Positions 10,433-20,065 of a DNA stretch of 64,000 nucleotides are shown piece after piece. A program made the position numbers and the translations under genes. Origin of the DNA: an uncultured bacterium (GTDB taxonomy: Bacteria; Abyssobacteria; SURF-5); NCBI GenBank assembly GCA_964607485.1, contig CAZSKP010000006.1, positions 11,344 through 75,343 of the forward strand, given 5' to 3'. Under the pieces are notes generated by a model. It was given only the letters and a program-made list of their open reading frames with translations. It ran no database searches and was not told where the DNA came from. Position 1 is the first letter of the stretch, and each line of letters opens with the position of its first letter.

Positions 10433-10534
10433 GTGACAATCCTTCCCTTCTCGTCAAGCTTTGACGTCGGAGATGATATGACGCGGCCTGAGCTGCACGG
10501 TGAAGGGGCGCGGCCGCGCGTCAACGTGGCGACA

Positions 10535-12019
10535 TCACTCGCACATCTCATCGACTTCGGACAATACCTCGTTGAGCACCTCGATGCCGAAATCGATTTC
10601 CTTCTCCGATATCGTGTAGGGCGGCGCGACGCGAACCGTATTCGGCACGGCCGAGCCGACCATGACGCCCTTGAACACGCACTTCTCGGAGATCATCACC
10701 TCGGGATACTTCGAGATGTCGCCGCTGAAGGTGGCGAAGCGGTCCTCCTTGACGAACGGTTCCTTGGTCTGCTTGTTCTTGACTACCTCGAATCCGCCCA
10801 GCAGCCCGATGCTCTCGGCCAGGCCGACGCACTTGTGCTCACCCTCGAGCTCTTTCAGCTTCTTGTGGAGGTAGGCCCCCTTCTGCGCGACGACCTCAGG
10901 CATGTTCTCCTCGAGCATGAACTCGACGGCGGCCGCCACGCTCGCGGCCACTACCGGATGTCCCGCGAAGGTGCTGCCGCTCCAATACCGGAACTTGTCC
11001 AATTCGTTGGCGATATCCTTCGAGATGACCACTCCGCCGACGGGAACCGCGCACCCGTTCATTCCTTTCCCGATCGTCATGATGTCGGGCGTGACGCCTT
11101 CGTAAAGCTGATAGGCGAACCATTTGCCGCACCTGCCGAACCCGCAGATGACCTCGTCGTCTATCCACAGGATGCCCAGCCTGCGAGTCATCTCGCGCAG
11201 TTGGGGGATGTACTCGGGCGGCGGGTTGACCGCCGAGCCGCCGTAGAATATCTCGGTGACGAATGCGGCGACCGTCTCGGCCCCGATGGTGTGTATCAGG
11301 TTCTCCGAGGCATGGATGCACGCCAGCGTTCCGTCGGGCTGCTTGCAGGACGGATAGGTGTGGCCCAGGGTGCAGCGGTAGCAGTAGGGGGCGGGCACGA
11401 TGTGAAATCCTGCGCCGGGGAAGTTGGGAACATCCCGAATCTCTGCCTTTGTCGGGGACGCTATGGCCGCACGGTAATATCGGTTACGCGATGCGCCGGC
11501 GGCGCCGCTCGTGGAGCCGTGGTAGGCGTACTCGCGCGTTATGATGTTGGGCCGGCCAGTAAGATTTTTCGCTATCGCGAACGCCTGCTCGTTGGCCTCG
11601 CTGCCGGTGTTTACAAACCTGATGCGACCCGCCCAGCCGTCGCGGCCGAGCACGTCTTCCATGATGAGCTTGGAGGCGCGGGCGCGGTATTCGGTGCAGA
11701 AGAGCTCCTGCACGTAGCCTACTTCGTCGAGCGCCTGTTTTATCGCGGCGTTGACGCGGGGGTGCTTGTACCCCAGGTTGGCCGCGATCACCTGGCTGAC
11801 AAAATCGAGCAGCTTCATTCCGTTGGCCAGATGCACGTAGTTGCCTTCCGTGTGACTGACCGGAACGAACCGGTATTCATTCGCCGCCTGCTTTACGTGG
11901 AAATAGTATTTGCTATCCCATTCATACACCTGGTCCCAATTAATTTCGCGTTCCACTGTTCCTTCTCCTCTTACATGCAATTCCTTCCACTTCTCCCCGG
12001 TCGATTGGGGACTGCTCAT
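10535..12019 (-). CDS. Class III PLP aminotransferase
   Basis: LDFVSQ..NLGYKHP, NTGSEANE, YHG, IDDEVICGFGRCG, PDIMTIGKG. Confidence 0.92.
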   Translation of the reverse strand: MSSPQSTGEKWKELHVRGEGTVEREINWDQVYEWDSKYYFHVKQAANEYRFVPVSHTEGNYVHLANGMKLLDFVSQVIAANLGYKHPRVNAAIKQALDEVGYVQELFCTEYRARASKLIMEDVLGRDGWAGRIRFVNTGSEANEQAFAIAKNLTGRPNIITREYAYHGSTSGAAGASRNRYYRAAIASPTKAEIRDVPNFPGAGFHIVPAPYCYRCTLGHTYPSCKQPDGTLACIHASENLIHTIGAETVAAFVTEIFYGGSAVNPPPEYIPQLREMTRRLGILWIDDEVICGFGRCGKWFAYQLYEGVTPDIMTIGKGMNGCAVPVGGVVISKDIANELDKFRYWSGSTFAGHPVVAASVAAAVEFMLEENMPEVVAQKGAYLHKKLKELEGEHKCVGLAESIGLLGGFEVVKNKQTKEPFVKEDRFATFSGDISKYPEVMISEKCVFKGVMVGSAVPNTVRVAPPYTISEKEIDFGIEVLNEVLSEVDEMCE

Positions 12020-12180
12020 GCGTGGTCAAGCAGCGACTTATTATATAACCTCTTGGTGCGCGATTCAAGGCGCAGGCACGGGGCGCCCATCTCCTTCGCT
12101 TTTCCGTGGGAGACTATGGTAATATCATATCCGTGCCAGATCCGGAGAACTGAGTGAGGTTGCTTTTGGAGGACGGGCGA

Positions 12181-13158
12181 ATGAAGATCTCGCATTCGGT
12201 GTTTTTCGCACTTTTCGTTTCATTGATGACGCTCACGTCTGTCGCGCTGGCCGGAGGGAAACAGAGCCTCGACATCTCGAACCGCGCGCTTAATTCGACG
12301 CCGCTCCTGGGGCCGGAGGGCATTGTGCTCGCCTCCGATGGGAACATCTATGTGGGTCAGGGCGATGGCAAGATCGCCCGCGTCGCCGGCGACGGCACGG
12401 TCGAGGAGTTTGCCGACCTGAACGATCTGCCGGGCGAACGCAAGGAACGCATCAGCGCCATCGGGCTCGCCATGGACGGCGAGGGCGACATTTACGCGGC
12501 GGCGCTCGACTTCAACGGTGGGTCGGTGCTCAAGGTGACCGGACCGGGAAAGCCCGATGCCGGCGCGGTGGTCCTTTACCGCCACGGAATAGGCATGGCG
12601 AATTTCGTCCTGATCGATCGCGAGAGCCAGACGATGTACGTCTCCAATTCGGCGATGTTCTCGGGCGGCGTGTTTAGATTCGATATGAGCGATGAGACGC
12701 GCGTCGGCAGCGCGGCCGACCCCGAAACGGAACTGCTGGGCAAGATGGGATATGCGAACGGCCTCGCGCTCGGCCCCGACAGGGAATGGCTCTACGTCGC
12801 CGAGACGACCAAGGGCCGCATTTCGAGGATACATCTCGGGACGAAGAAATCGGAGGTCTTCGCCGAGGTGGGCGGATGGGCCGATGGAATAGCCTTCGAC
12901 CCCGGGCGGGAAAGGCTCTTCGTGTGCGACAACAAGGGCGGGAGAATTGTCGCCGTTGACCTTTCGGGTAAGGTTGTGGGGGAAGTTCGCCTCATCGGCA
13001 GGGAAGGCCAGTGCGCGCCCGCGTCGATGATCTTCCGCGACGCGGACACCATCGTCTTCACCGACCTCTGGAAGGCCAGCCTGTGGCGCGCGCTGATTGG
13101 CCCGGCGCAGTACCATTCATATATTTATGAACTTCCTGTCACCGACATTCTAAAGTAG
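12181..13158 (+). CDS. Secreted SMP-30/gluconolactonase-family beta-propeller
   Basis: ATG after GGAGG; signal peptide; GPEGI, ANGLAL, ADGIAFD motifs. Confidence 0.85.
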   Translation: MKISHSVFFALFVSLMTLTSVALAGGKQSLDISNRALNSTPLLGPEGIVLASDGNIYVGQGDGKIARVAGDGTVEEFADLNDLPGERKERISAIGLAMDGEGDIYAAALDFNGGSVLKVTGPGKPDAGAVVLYRHGIGMANFVLIDRESQTMYVSNSAMFSGGVFRFDMSDETRVGSAADPETELLGKMGYANGLALGPDREWLYVAETTKGRISRIHLGTKKSEVFAEVGGWADGIAFDPGRERLFVCDNKGGRIVAVDLSGKVVGEVRLIGREGQCAPASMIFRDADTIVFTDLWKASLWRALIGPAQYHSYIYELPVTDILK

Positions 13159-13164
13159 AAGGAC

Positions 13165-13437
13165 TCATTCGAAATTGTAGTGTTTCCTCACGGCTTTGGA
13201 GACCTTCCAGACGCAGTCCATGCCCTTGGGGAAGGTGACGAAGTCGCCCGGCCCGAATTCGACCGGCTTCCCGCCTCTCGGCTCGACGCGCACCTGGCCC
13301 TCGAGGACGTAGCACTTCTCGGTGTCGTCGTAGTGCCAATCGAACGTCGAGGGCTCCTTCTCCCACGTCGGCCATGAGAAGACGCCCATTTCCTTGAGTT
13401 CCTTTTCGCTCTTCTTCTCCTTCCTTATCTCGGCCAT
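13165..13437 (-). CDS. Cupin (DUF861-like) protein
   Basis: WPTWEKEPSTFDWHY, EKCYVLEG, GDFVTFPKG, VRKHY; AGGAG precedes the ATG at 13437. Confidence 0.88.
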   Translation of the reverse strand: MAEIRKEKKSEKELKEMGVFSWPTWEKEPSTFDWHYDDTEKCYVLEGQVRVEPRGGKPVEFGPGDFVTFPKGMDCVWKVSKAVRKHYNFE

Positions 13438-13483
13438 CGTATTTCTCCTTTCCAACATCTGTGCTGCGTTGTTTCTCTATTGT

Positions 13484-13534
13484 CTTCTTGAGATGCTTCG
13501 CTTCTTGAGATGCTTCGCTTCGCTCAGCATGACA
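13484..13534. repeat. REP-like half element with a 17-bp tandem duplication
   Basis: CTTCTTGAGATGCTTCG twice, then CTTCGCTCAGCATGACA; matches the right arm of the element at 17016-17091. Confidence 0.75.
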
Positions 13535-13615
13535 GGGGGGGTGCCTTAGTTCTTTCGTCGGGTTTCGGCTTCAGGGTTCCGGGTTAAAACCCTAAACTCG
13601 GGACCCTGAACCAGA

Positions 13616-14494
13616 TTATATTTCGATCCCCAGTATGCGCTGAGCGTTTTTGAGAAATATTTTTTCGAGGATGTCGTCCTTGTAGCCCTCGGAGGCGTAT
13701 GCGTCGAAGAGCTTCTGGTGCGGGATCATGGGATAGTCCGACCCGAACATCGCGCGGTCCTGAAGGCGGCCGTGCAGCTCCTTCTTCAGCGCGGGCGAGA
13801 AATATTTCGGAGACCAGCCCGAAAGCTCCATGACGACGTTTGACTTGTGTATGAGCACGGCGATCATCTCGTCCTGCCACGGCCACGAGGGGTGACACGC
13901 GATGATGAGAAGGTCGGGAAAATCGGCGGCGACGTCGTCGATATATGGAATGGGCTTTGTGTACTTGAGATGAATTCCCAAGCCGCCGGGCATGCCGGCG
14001 CCGAGGCCGGTCGTGCCCGTGTGGAACATCACGGGCGCCTTCAGCTCGGCGCATTTCTCCCAGAGCGGATAGAAGCGGCGGTCGTTAGGGTAGAATCCCT
14101 GCGCGGTCTGCTGAAACTTGACGCCCATCAGTCGGAGCTCTTTGATCGCGCGTTCGGCTTCCTTGATGGCCATCTCGCCCTTCCACGGGTCAACCGAGGC
14201 ATAGCCGCCGACGAACGCGTCGGGGAAGTCGCTCGTGAGTTTGGCGATGTAATCGTTGCTCGTGGCCGGCTCGCCGGTGTTGCTCTCGGCGTCCCACGCG
14301 ACGATTATCCCCTTGACGCCCGCGTCGATGAAGTCCTGGGCCATGTCCTGTTCGCTCTTCGAGACCGACAGCACTTCCTCATCCGAAAGCTCTTGCTTCT
14401 GATAATACTGCAGGAGAGCTCTCTGATACTTCAGCAGGCTCCTGGCGGCGGCTCGTGTCGATGGGTGCGCATGCACATCAATCGCCTTAATCAT
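13616..14494 (-). CDS. Amidohydrolase-2 family, CouO/PhdC-like beta-ketoacyl-CoA hydrolase
   Basis: IDVHAH, FHTGTTGLGAGMPGG, IDDVAADFP, HPSWPWQDE, ELSGWSPKYF, FGSDYP; start moved to the ATG at 14494 after AGGAGG. Confidence 0.85.
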   Translation of the reverse strand: MIKAIDVHAHPSTRAAARSLLKYQRALLQYYQKQELSDEEVLSVSKSEQDMAQDFIDAGVKGIIVAWDAESNTGEPATSNDYIAKLTSDFPDAFVGGYASVDPWKGEMAIKEAERAIKELRLMGVKFQQTAQGFYPNDRRFYPLWEKCAELKAPVMFHTGTTGLGAGMPGGLGIHLKYTKPIPYIDDVAADFPDLLIIACHPSWPWQDEMIAVLIHKSNVVMELSGWSPKYFSPALKKELHGRLQDRAMFGSDYPMIPHQKLFDAYASEGYKDDILEKIFLKNAQRILGIEI

Positions 14495-14546
14495 CTCGGC
14501 CTCCTGTGGGAAGTTCGTTGGTATTTTTCGAGTGCCTATCGGAATC

Positions 14547-15308
14547 CTACGCGGTGTTTCCTCCGTCAACAACGATGATCGACCCGGTGGTGAAGCTCGA
14601 GGCATCCGATGCAAGATACAGCGCGGCCCCGGCGATTTCGTCCGGCTGGGCATGTCGGGTCAAGGGGATATCCTTGATCGCGAGCTCATATATTTCCTTT
14701 GTTTCGATGAGCACGCTGGCAAAATGCGTCTGCGTCAGCCCGGGGCATATGGCGTTGTATCTGACGCCGAACGGGCCCAGCTCCTTTGCATATGCTTTGG
14801 TCATCATGACCACGGCGGCCTTCGTCATGCCGTACACAGCCTGCATGGGCGAGGCACGCAGTCCGGCGACGGATGCGATGTTGATTATCGACCCGCTCTT
14901 TCGCTCGGCCATGAGCTTGCCCGCTTTTTGGGCCATGAAGAAGTAGCCCTTGGTGTTGACCTCGAAGGTCTTGTCGTATGCGGATTCAGGGACCTCGAGC
15001 ACACTGCCGAAGTACGGGTTCGTGGCCGCGTTGTTGACGAGTATATCCACCTTCCCGTAGGCGTCCATCACCCGCTCGAACAGGGCATCGACCATTTCCA
15101 TCTTGCCCGTGTGGCAGGCGACGGCGATGGCTTCTCCTCCCGACTTCTTTATCGACGCCGCGACAGAGTCGAGCGATTTTTGCTTTCGGGACGATAGGAC
15201 CACTTTCGCGCCGTTTTCGGCGAACGTTCTGGCGATGGCCTCACCGATTCCGCGACTGGCCCCGGTCACGACGGCCACCCTGTCTTTGAGACTGAAACTT
15301 GCCCCCAT
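14547..15308 (-). CDS. Short-chain dehydrogenase/reductase
   Basis: TGASRGIG, NNAA, YGMTK (YxxxK), VDGG. Confidence 0.93.
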   Translation of the reverse strand: MGASFSLKDRVAVVTGASRGIGEAIARTFAENGAKVVLSSRKQKSLDSVAASIKKSGGEAIAVACHTGKMEMVDALFERVMDAYGKVDILVNNAATNPYFGSVLEVPESAYDKTFEVNTKGYFFMAQKAGKLMAERKSGSIINIASVAGLRASPMQAVYGMTKAAVVMMTKAYAKELGPFGVRYNAICPGLTQTHFASVLIETKEIYELAIKDIPLTRHAQPDEIAGAALYLASDASSFTTGSIIVVDGGNTA

Positions 15309-15386
15309 TCCTTAACTTCCTCCTCATCAGCGAAACATATTAACCTCGAAGGGACCGAAAGAATCAGAACTTCACACGTGAGCGGC

Positions 15387-15851
15387 CTACTTTGTGAAGA
15401 ACATCGTGAGCGCTTCCGCGACGCAGGCCGGCTTGTCTTTGCCCTCTATCTCGATGGTATGCGTCGTGGTCACGAGGACTCTGCCGCCCGCCTTCTCCTC
15501 CACGTTGGAGAGGACGATCCTGTCCCTGATTTTCGAGTTCACCTCGACCGGCGTGACGAACCTGAGCTTGTTCAGCCCGTAGTTAATCGCCATCATTGTC
15601 CCCTCCGGCACGAGCGAAATGTCGGACGCAAAGAAAGGAATAAGGGAAACGGTGAGATAGCCGTGCGCGATGGTCTTGCCGAAGGGACCGCCGGCTGCTG
15701 CCTCTTCATCCACGTGTATCCACTGATGATCCTCCGTGCAATCGGCGAAATCGTTGATCCGCTTCTGGTCGACCTGAATCCAGTCGCTGACGCCGATTTC
15801 CTTTCCGACGCGCTCCTTGATTTTTTCCACTGCCAACACTTCCATAGCCAT
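15387..15851 (-). CDS. MaoC-family (R)-enoyl-CoA hydratase
   Basis: FADCTEDHQWIHVD, TIAHGYLT, NYGLNKLRF. Confidence 0.92.
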   Translation of the reverse strand: MAMEVLAVEKIKERVGKEIGVSDWIQVDQKRINDFADCTEDHQWIHVDEEAAAGGPFGKTIAHGYLTVSLIPFFASDISLVPEGTMMAINYGLNKLRFVTPVEVNSKIRDRIVLSNVEEKAGGRVLVTTTHTIEIEGKDKPACVAEALTMFFTK

Positions 15852-15890
15852 TGTTTTCCTCCTTTTACTGAGATGTCTCTTGGCAAGAAT

Positions 15891-16688
15891 TCAAACCTTC
15901 ATGCCCGGCAAATTGAGTGAGGCGGTGTTGCCGCCATCGACAGGAAGGGCTTGTCCGGTGACATAGCTGGCCTCGTCGCTTGCCAGAAAGAGGATGGCCG
16001 CCGCAACTTCCTCCGGCTTCCCATATCGCCTGAGCTCGCAGCGATAGCCGAGCTTGTGCTCCTTTCCCGTATTTCGCGCGTAATCAAAGATCGGCTTCGT
16101 CATCGCCGTTTCGATCAGCCCCGGACAGACGGCGTTGACCCGCACGCCGTATCCACCGAGGTCGCAGGCGGTCGTCTGCGTGAAGTTGATGAGAGCCGCC
16201 TTGCTGGCGCTGTAGGCGTTTCCGCCCGCTCCGGCCCGGATGCCCGCGACGGAGGCCGTGTTCACGATTGAGCCCTGCCTCCTCTCCCGCATGTGCTTCG
16301 CCACGTGCTTCGTGGCAAACATTGCCCCCATAAGATTGACGTCAAATGTCTTTCGCCAATCCTCGGCGTCCTCGTCCTCGATGCTGGGATATCCGCTGAT
16401 TATTCCGGCGTTGTTGCACAGAATGTCCACCTGCGAGTACCGCTCGAGGGCAAACGAGATAAGGCCCTTTACTTCTTCTTCTATCGCCACGTTCGTCTTT
16501 CGCACCGACGCCACGCCGCCCTGTTTGGCTATGAGGTTGGCGACTTCGGTCAGCCCTTCTTCATTCATATCGGCCAGGACGAGCTCTGCACCCTCCCGGG
16601 CGAACAAGAGGGCCGTCGCCCTGCCGATGCCGCTGGCCGCTCCGGTTATAACCGCAACTTTACCCGCCAAACGTCCTTGAGCTGCCAT
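15891..16688 (-). CDS. Short-chain dehydrogenase/reductase
   Basis: TGAASGIG, NNAG, YSASK, VDGG; ATG at 16688 follows AAGGAG. Confidence 0.93.
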   Translation of the reverse strand: MAAQGRLAGKVAVITGAASGIGRATALLFAREGAELVLADMNEEGLTEVANLIAKQGGVASVRKTNVAIEEEVKGLISFALERYSQVDILCNNAGIISGYPSIEDEDAEDWRKTFDVNLMGAMFATKHVAKHMRERRQGSIVNTASVAGIRAGAGGNAYSASKAALINFTQTTACDLGGYGVRVNAVCPGLIETAMTKPIFDYARNTGKEHKLGYRCELRRYGKPEEVAAAILFLASDEASYVTGQALPVDGGNTASLNLPGMKV

Positions 16689-17015
16689 GATCCTCTCCTT
16701 TTGAGTGGGGCGTTCAGCCCGTCCGGTATCGGTCATCCTGGCCCTTTTCCGTTTCCGACGGTGTATCTACACCAAGAGATGGTTGACCCTCGAATTGTTC
16801 CGTTTGACTTAAGGTTGCCGATTTGCCGGGAGAGAGTCGTTGAAGTTGCCTTTGCGGGGGTGAGTATATATTATTGGCCTTGGAATTTCAATGCTATTCA
16901 GCTAGAGGAGTTTCCCCAAGAATCTGTTCATGAAAGTTGTAATGTCTTTGACCGCCGGTCCGTACGAAATTCTGAATATGGCGGTCTTTTGCTAACTCTG
17001 ATCGCAATTGCAGGC

Positions 17016-17091
17016 TGTCATTCTGAGCGAAGCGAAGAATCTGCTATCGCGTTGGTGCAAAATGAGATGCTTCGCTACGCTCAGCATGACA
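17016..17091. repeat. REP-like bipartite palindrome (GTCATTCTGAGCG family)
   Basis: TGTCATTCTGAGCGAAGCGAAGAATCT ... GAGATGCTTCGCTACGCTCAGCATGACA. Confidence 0.85.
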
Positions 17092-17273
17092 TCGCTTCGG
17101 AAAGAAAAGATACGCGGAGGAAATGGGGGAACTCCACTATTCAGCTACGAAAGGTCAAAAAGTGAGAGACGATCTGGTCATGCGAAGTCTCGCCCGGCGG
17201 CTTCGCATAACCTCTACGCATCAACTGACCGTCTTCTCTCCTCTTGCGCCTCAGGGTCGGCCCTGCTTGAAAG

Positions 17274-17615
17274 TTACCCGATTGCCTCGCTGCCCCACTC
17301 GCCGGTTCGTATTCGGATACACGAGCCCAGGTCGAGCACAAAGATCTTTCCGTCTCCTATCTTTCCGCTCCGCGCGCCCTTGATTATGGCGTCCACGGTG
17401 GGTTTCACGAACTCTTCGTTGACTGCTATTTCTATTCTCACCTTCTTCAGAAGGTTCACCTCCACGTCCACTCCCCGATAGGTTTCGTGATAGCCTTTCT
17501 GCTGGCCGCAACCGAGGGCGTTTGTCACCGACATCTTGAACACCTCGGCGTCGGAGAGGGCTTTCTTCACATCGGGCAGTTTGAACGGCTGGATGTATGC
17601 TATGACGAGTTTCAT
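17274..17615 (-). CDS. glnK: P-II nitrogen regulatory protein
   Basis: [46 protein letters not shown]; directly downstream of amtB. Confidence 0.93.
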   Translation of the reverse strand: MKLVIAYIQPFKLPDVKKALSDAEVFKMSVTNALGCGQQKGYHETYRGVDVEVNLLKKVRIEIAVNEEFVKPTVDAIIKGARSGKIGDGKIFVLDLGSCIRIRTGEWGSEAIG

Positions 17616-17653
17616 GACGCTCTCCTTTCAGAGTCCCGACGAACGGAAGCCGA

Positions 17654-19009
17654 TTATTCGGTCGTGAATATCTGGAACCCGCTGTATGCCTCCATGCCGT
17701 GTTCGTCGATGTCGAGTCCTCTCAGTTCCTCTTCCCTGCCCACACGCAGGCCGATGGTACGTTTGATGATGACGAACAGTGCCAGCGCGCCCAGGAATGT
17801 CCAGAGGAACACCGCGACTACCCCGATAAGCTGGCTCCACAATTGCCCCACACCGCCTCCGAAGAAGAGACCGTTGACGGCGCCCACTCCGCTGGCTTCT
17901 CCGTATTTTGCCTGGGCGAAAAGGCCGACCGACAGTGTGCCGAACGAACCGCAGACGCCGTGGACGGATACTGCTCCGACGGGGTCGTCGATTTTGAGCA
18001 CTCTATCGATGAATTCAACGGAAAACACGACCAGTACGCCGGCCAGCGCGCCGATGATGACGGCGCTCGCGGGCGACACGCTTGCGCAGGGCGCCGTTAT
18101 TGCCACGAGGCCCGCCAGCGCGCCGTTCAGGGTCATGCTCGTATCCGGCTTTCCGTGACGAAGCCATATCGCAATCATTGCAGCCACGGCGCCCGCGGCC
18201 GCCGAGAGGTTGGTGGTGACCGCGATGGTCGCTATGCTGAGATTGGTGCCCGCGGTGGTGCTGCCGGGGTTGAACCCGAACCAGCCGAACCAGAGGATGA
18301 AGACACCCAGCGCGGCCAGGGGGATGTTGTGTCCGGGAATGGCTTTCACCGTGCCGTTGGGCCCATATTTGCCCAGACGCGGCCCCAGCACGATGGCTCC
18401 GGCGAGCGCGGCCCAGCCTCCGACGGAATGGACGACCGTCGAGCCGGCGAAGTCGATCATGCCCCTGCCGCCAAGCCAGCCTCCGCCCCATATCCAGTGT
18501 CCGACAACGGGATAGATGAGGGCGGAAATGATCGCGCTGTACAGGAGATAACCGATGAATTTGGTGCGCTCCGCCATCGCTCCGGAGACGATGGTGGCCG
18601 CGGTCGCTGCGAAGACTACCTGAAACATCCAGAAGGCAAACTGCCACAGCCCGTCTCCGCTGGAAGGGTCGCCTACGCTCAGGAAGAACCCGTTCGACCC
18701 GAACAGGCCGAGTCTGTCGGCGCCAAACATTATTCCAAAACCGACCGCCCAGTAGGCAATGGAGCCGACGGAGAAATCCATCAAGTTTTTCATCATGATG
18801 TTCGAGGCGTTCTTCGCCCTCGTGAAACCGGTTTCGACCATGGCGAAGCCAGCCTGCATGAAGAACACCAGAAACGCGGCCACAAGAGTCCACACGGTGT
18901 TCACGGCCACCCGGTTTGTCATGGCGGTGGCGTCACCGGCAAACGCCGGGCCGGATGCGCACATCACCAGCAAGAGCGCAACGAGAACCATGGTAGTTGT
19001 TCTGTACAT
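17654..19009 (-). CDS. amtB: Ammonium transporter
   Basis: LVFFMQAGFAMVETG, DFAGSTVVHSVGG, LWFGWFGFN, DDPVGAVSVHG (twin His); ATG at 19009 follows AGGAGG. Confidence 0.96.
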   Translation of the reverse strand: MYRTTTMVLVALLLVMCASGPAFAGDATAMTNRVAVNTVWTLVAAFLVFFMQAGFAMVETGFTRAKNASNIMMKNLMDFSVGSIAYWAVGFGIMFGADRLGLFGSNGFFLSVGDPSSGDGLWQFAFWMFQVVFAATAATIVSGAMAERTKFIGYLLYSAIISALIYPVVGHWIWGGGWLGGRGMIDFAGSTVVHSVGGWAALAGAIVLGPRLGKYGPNGTVKAIPGHNIPLAALGVFILWFGWFGFNPGSTTAGTNLSIATIAVTTNLSAAAGAVAAMIAIWLRHGKPDTSMTLNGALAGLVAITAPCASVSPASAVIIGALAGVLVVFSVEFIDRVLKIDDPVGAVSVHGVCGSFGTLSVGLFAQAKYGEASGVGAVNGLFFGGGVGQLWSQLIGVVAVFLWTFLGALALFVIIKRTIGLRVGREEELRGLDIDEHGMEAYSGFQIFTTE

Positions 19010-19043
19010 TTTCGCTCCTCCTTTCCCGAATTTCTTCCAGAGT

Positions 19044-19799
19044 TCATAACTCAACGCTTATCGAAAAGCCGCCGTAGAATTCGTCGTCGTACTGATTGTC
19101 CAGCGCCACCGAGTAGAAGATGCCGGGTTCGAAGCTCAGTTTTTCGCCGAGCGGGATAGTCAGGCTGGCTCCCAAAAGCGCATTGCTGAAGGAGGAGTCG
19201 AAGCCCCACTGTCCATCGTTGTACCCGACGGCCGCGCTCAAGTTCAGCGACAGCGGCTCTATCGGCAGAGTGTGCGCGACCGAGAGTTCGTAGTAAGTTC
19301 CGTCGCCCTGGTCGTAGTCGTAATACACGGCGAATGACGGGGAGAGCAGCGTGTCTGCTGCGATGGCCGCATAAACTTCCTGCGAATCGTTGTTCGGCGG
19401 CAGATTGGGGAAATCATAGTAGATGTAGCCGAGCGACACGCTGAGCTTTTCCAATTTTGGGCTGATAAACTCCAGCGACGTCGTGTAGTCGAGGGTATAA
19501 TCCAGTTCGGTCCATTCCTTGTCATCCGTCAGTGTGTAGTTGCCCCAGACCGAGGCGGTGAAATTTTCTATGCCGACGTAGGCGCTGGGCTGAAGCACGG
19601 GCTCATCCACCAGGTTTTGTCCGCGCCAGATGTACTTCGTGTAGAAATCGACGCCCGCCCCAACGGAGATGTCCCACGTTCGTACAGTCTCCACGGGCGA
19701 AGATGCGGCGTTCTCTCCGGCGAATGCGGGTTGGTCTCCCGGCAACAAACCAAACACCATCAACGCAAGACCGACCAGAATTTCTCTTCTTAACAACAT
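19044..19799 (-). CDS. Putative outer-membrane beta-barrel/porin (TorF/TIGR02001-like)
   Basis: Signal peptide; KYIWRG, PVLQP, ELDY, YIYYDFP; alternating aromatic beta-strands; first gene of the amtB-glnK unit. Confidence 0.7.
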   Translation of the reverse strand: MLLRREILVGLALMVFGLLPGDQPAFAGENAASSPVETVRTWDISVGAGVDFYTKYIWRGQNLVDEPVLQPSAYVGIENFTASVWGNYTLTDDKEWTELDYTLDYTTSLEFISPKLEKLSVSLGYIYYDFPNLPPNNDSQEVYAAIAADTLLSPSFAVYYDYDQGDGTYYELSVAHTLPIEPLSLNLSAAVGYNDGQWGFDSSFSNALLGASLTIPLGEKLSFEPGIFYSVALDNQYDDEFYGGFSISVEL

Positions 19800-19844
19800 T
19801 TGCTTCCTCCTCCCGAATCAAACCAATGATTCTCGGTCGCAGGG

Positions 19845-19894
19845 CAAACAGAAAGGCAGGCCGCCTCCAAAGGGCCACGGAGACAACCTGCCTT
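19845..19894 (-). terminator. Intrinsic terminator/attenuator in the porin-amtB-glnK leader
   Basis: Minus-strand RNA AAGGCAGGUUGUCUCC-10 nt-GGAGGCGGCCUGCCUU followed by UCUGUUUG; a 16-bp stem that is fully paired only on this strand (three G-U pairs). Confidence 0.7.
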
Positions 19895-20065
19895 AAGCTG
19901 TCCGCCCTCTGTGATGCAGGCGCCGCCAGGCATCGCGGTTTTCGGCTTCGTTAGCCAGACGAAACCTAGCCTGCAAAGATGCGGCTTACAAGGTCTCGAC
20001 TCCTTCCTTCTCTCATCGTCGCGGCTGTGCGCAATACCTGCTCGCTTGAGTTTTACCCCTTTAAC

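Noticed and set aside
10535-12019. Taurine aminotransferase feeding the IslA-like GRE
   Set aside because: Class III specificity cannot be read from motifs, the gene is about 50 kb from the GRE, and it is linked to BKACE instead.
8825-12157. 1110-aa plus-strand ORF
   Set aside because: Antisense shadow. The three real minus-strand genes beneath it share one frame, so the stop-poor antisense frame runs through; it shows no recognisable motifs.
13577-13610. Imperfect hairpin TTCAGGGTTCCGGGTT...AACTCGGGACCCTGAA
   Set aside because: Single copy just after a stop codon; probably an ordinary terminator-like or degenerate repeat.
19960-20050. sigma54 promoter for the amtB operon
   Set aside because: The candidate TTGC boxes lack GG at the required -24 spacing.
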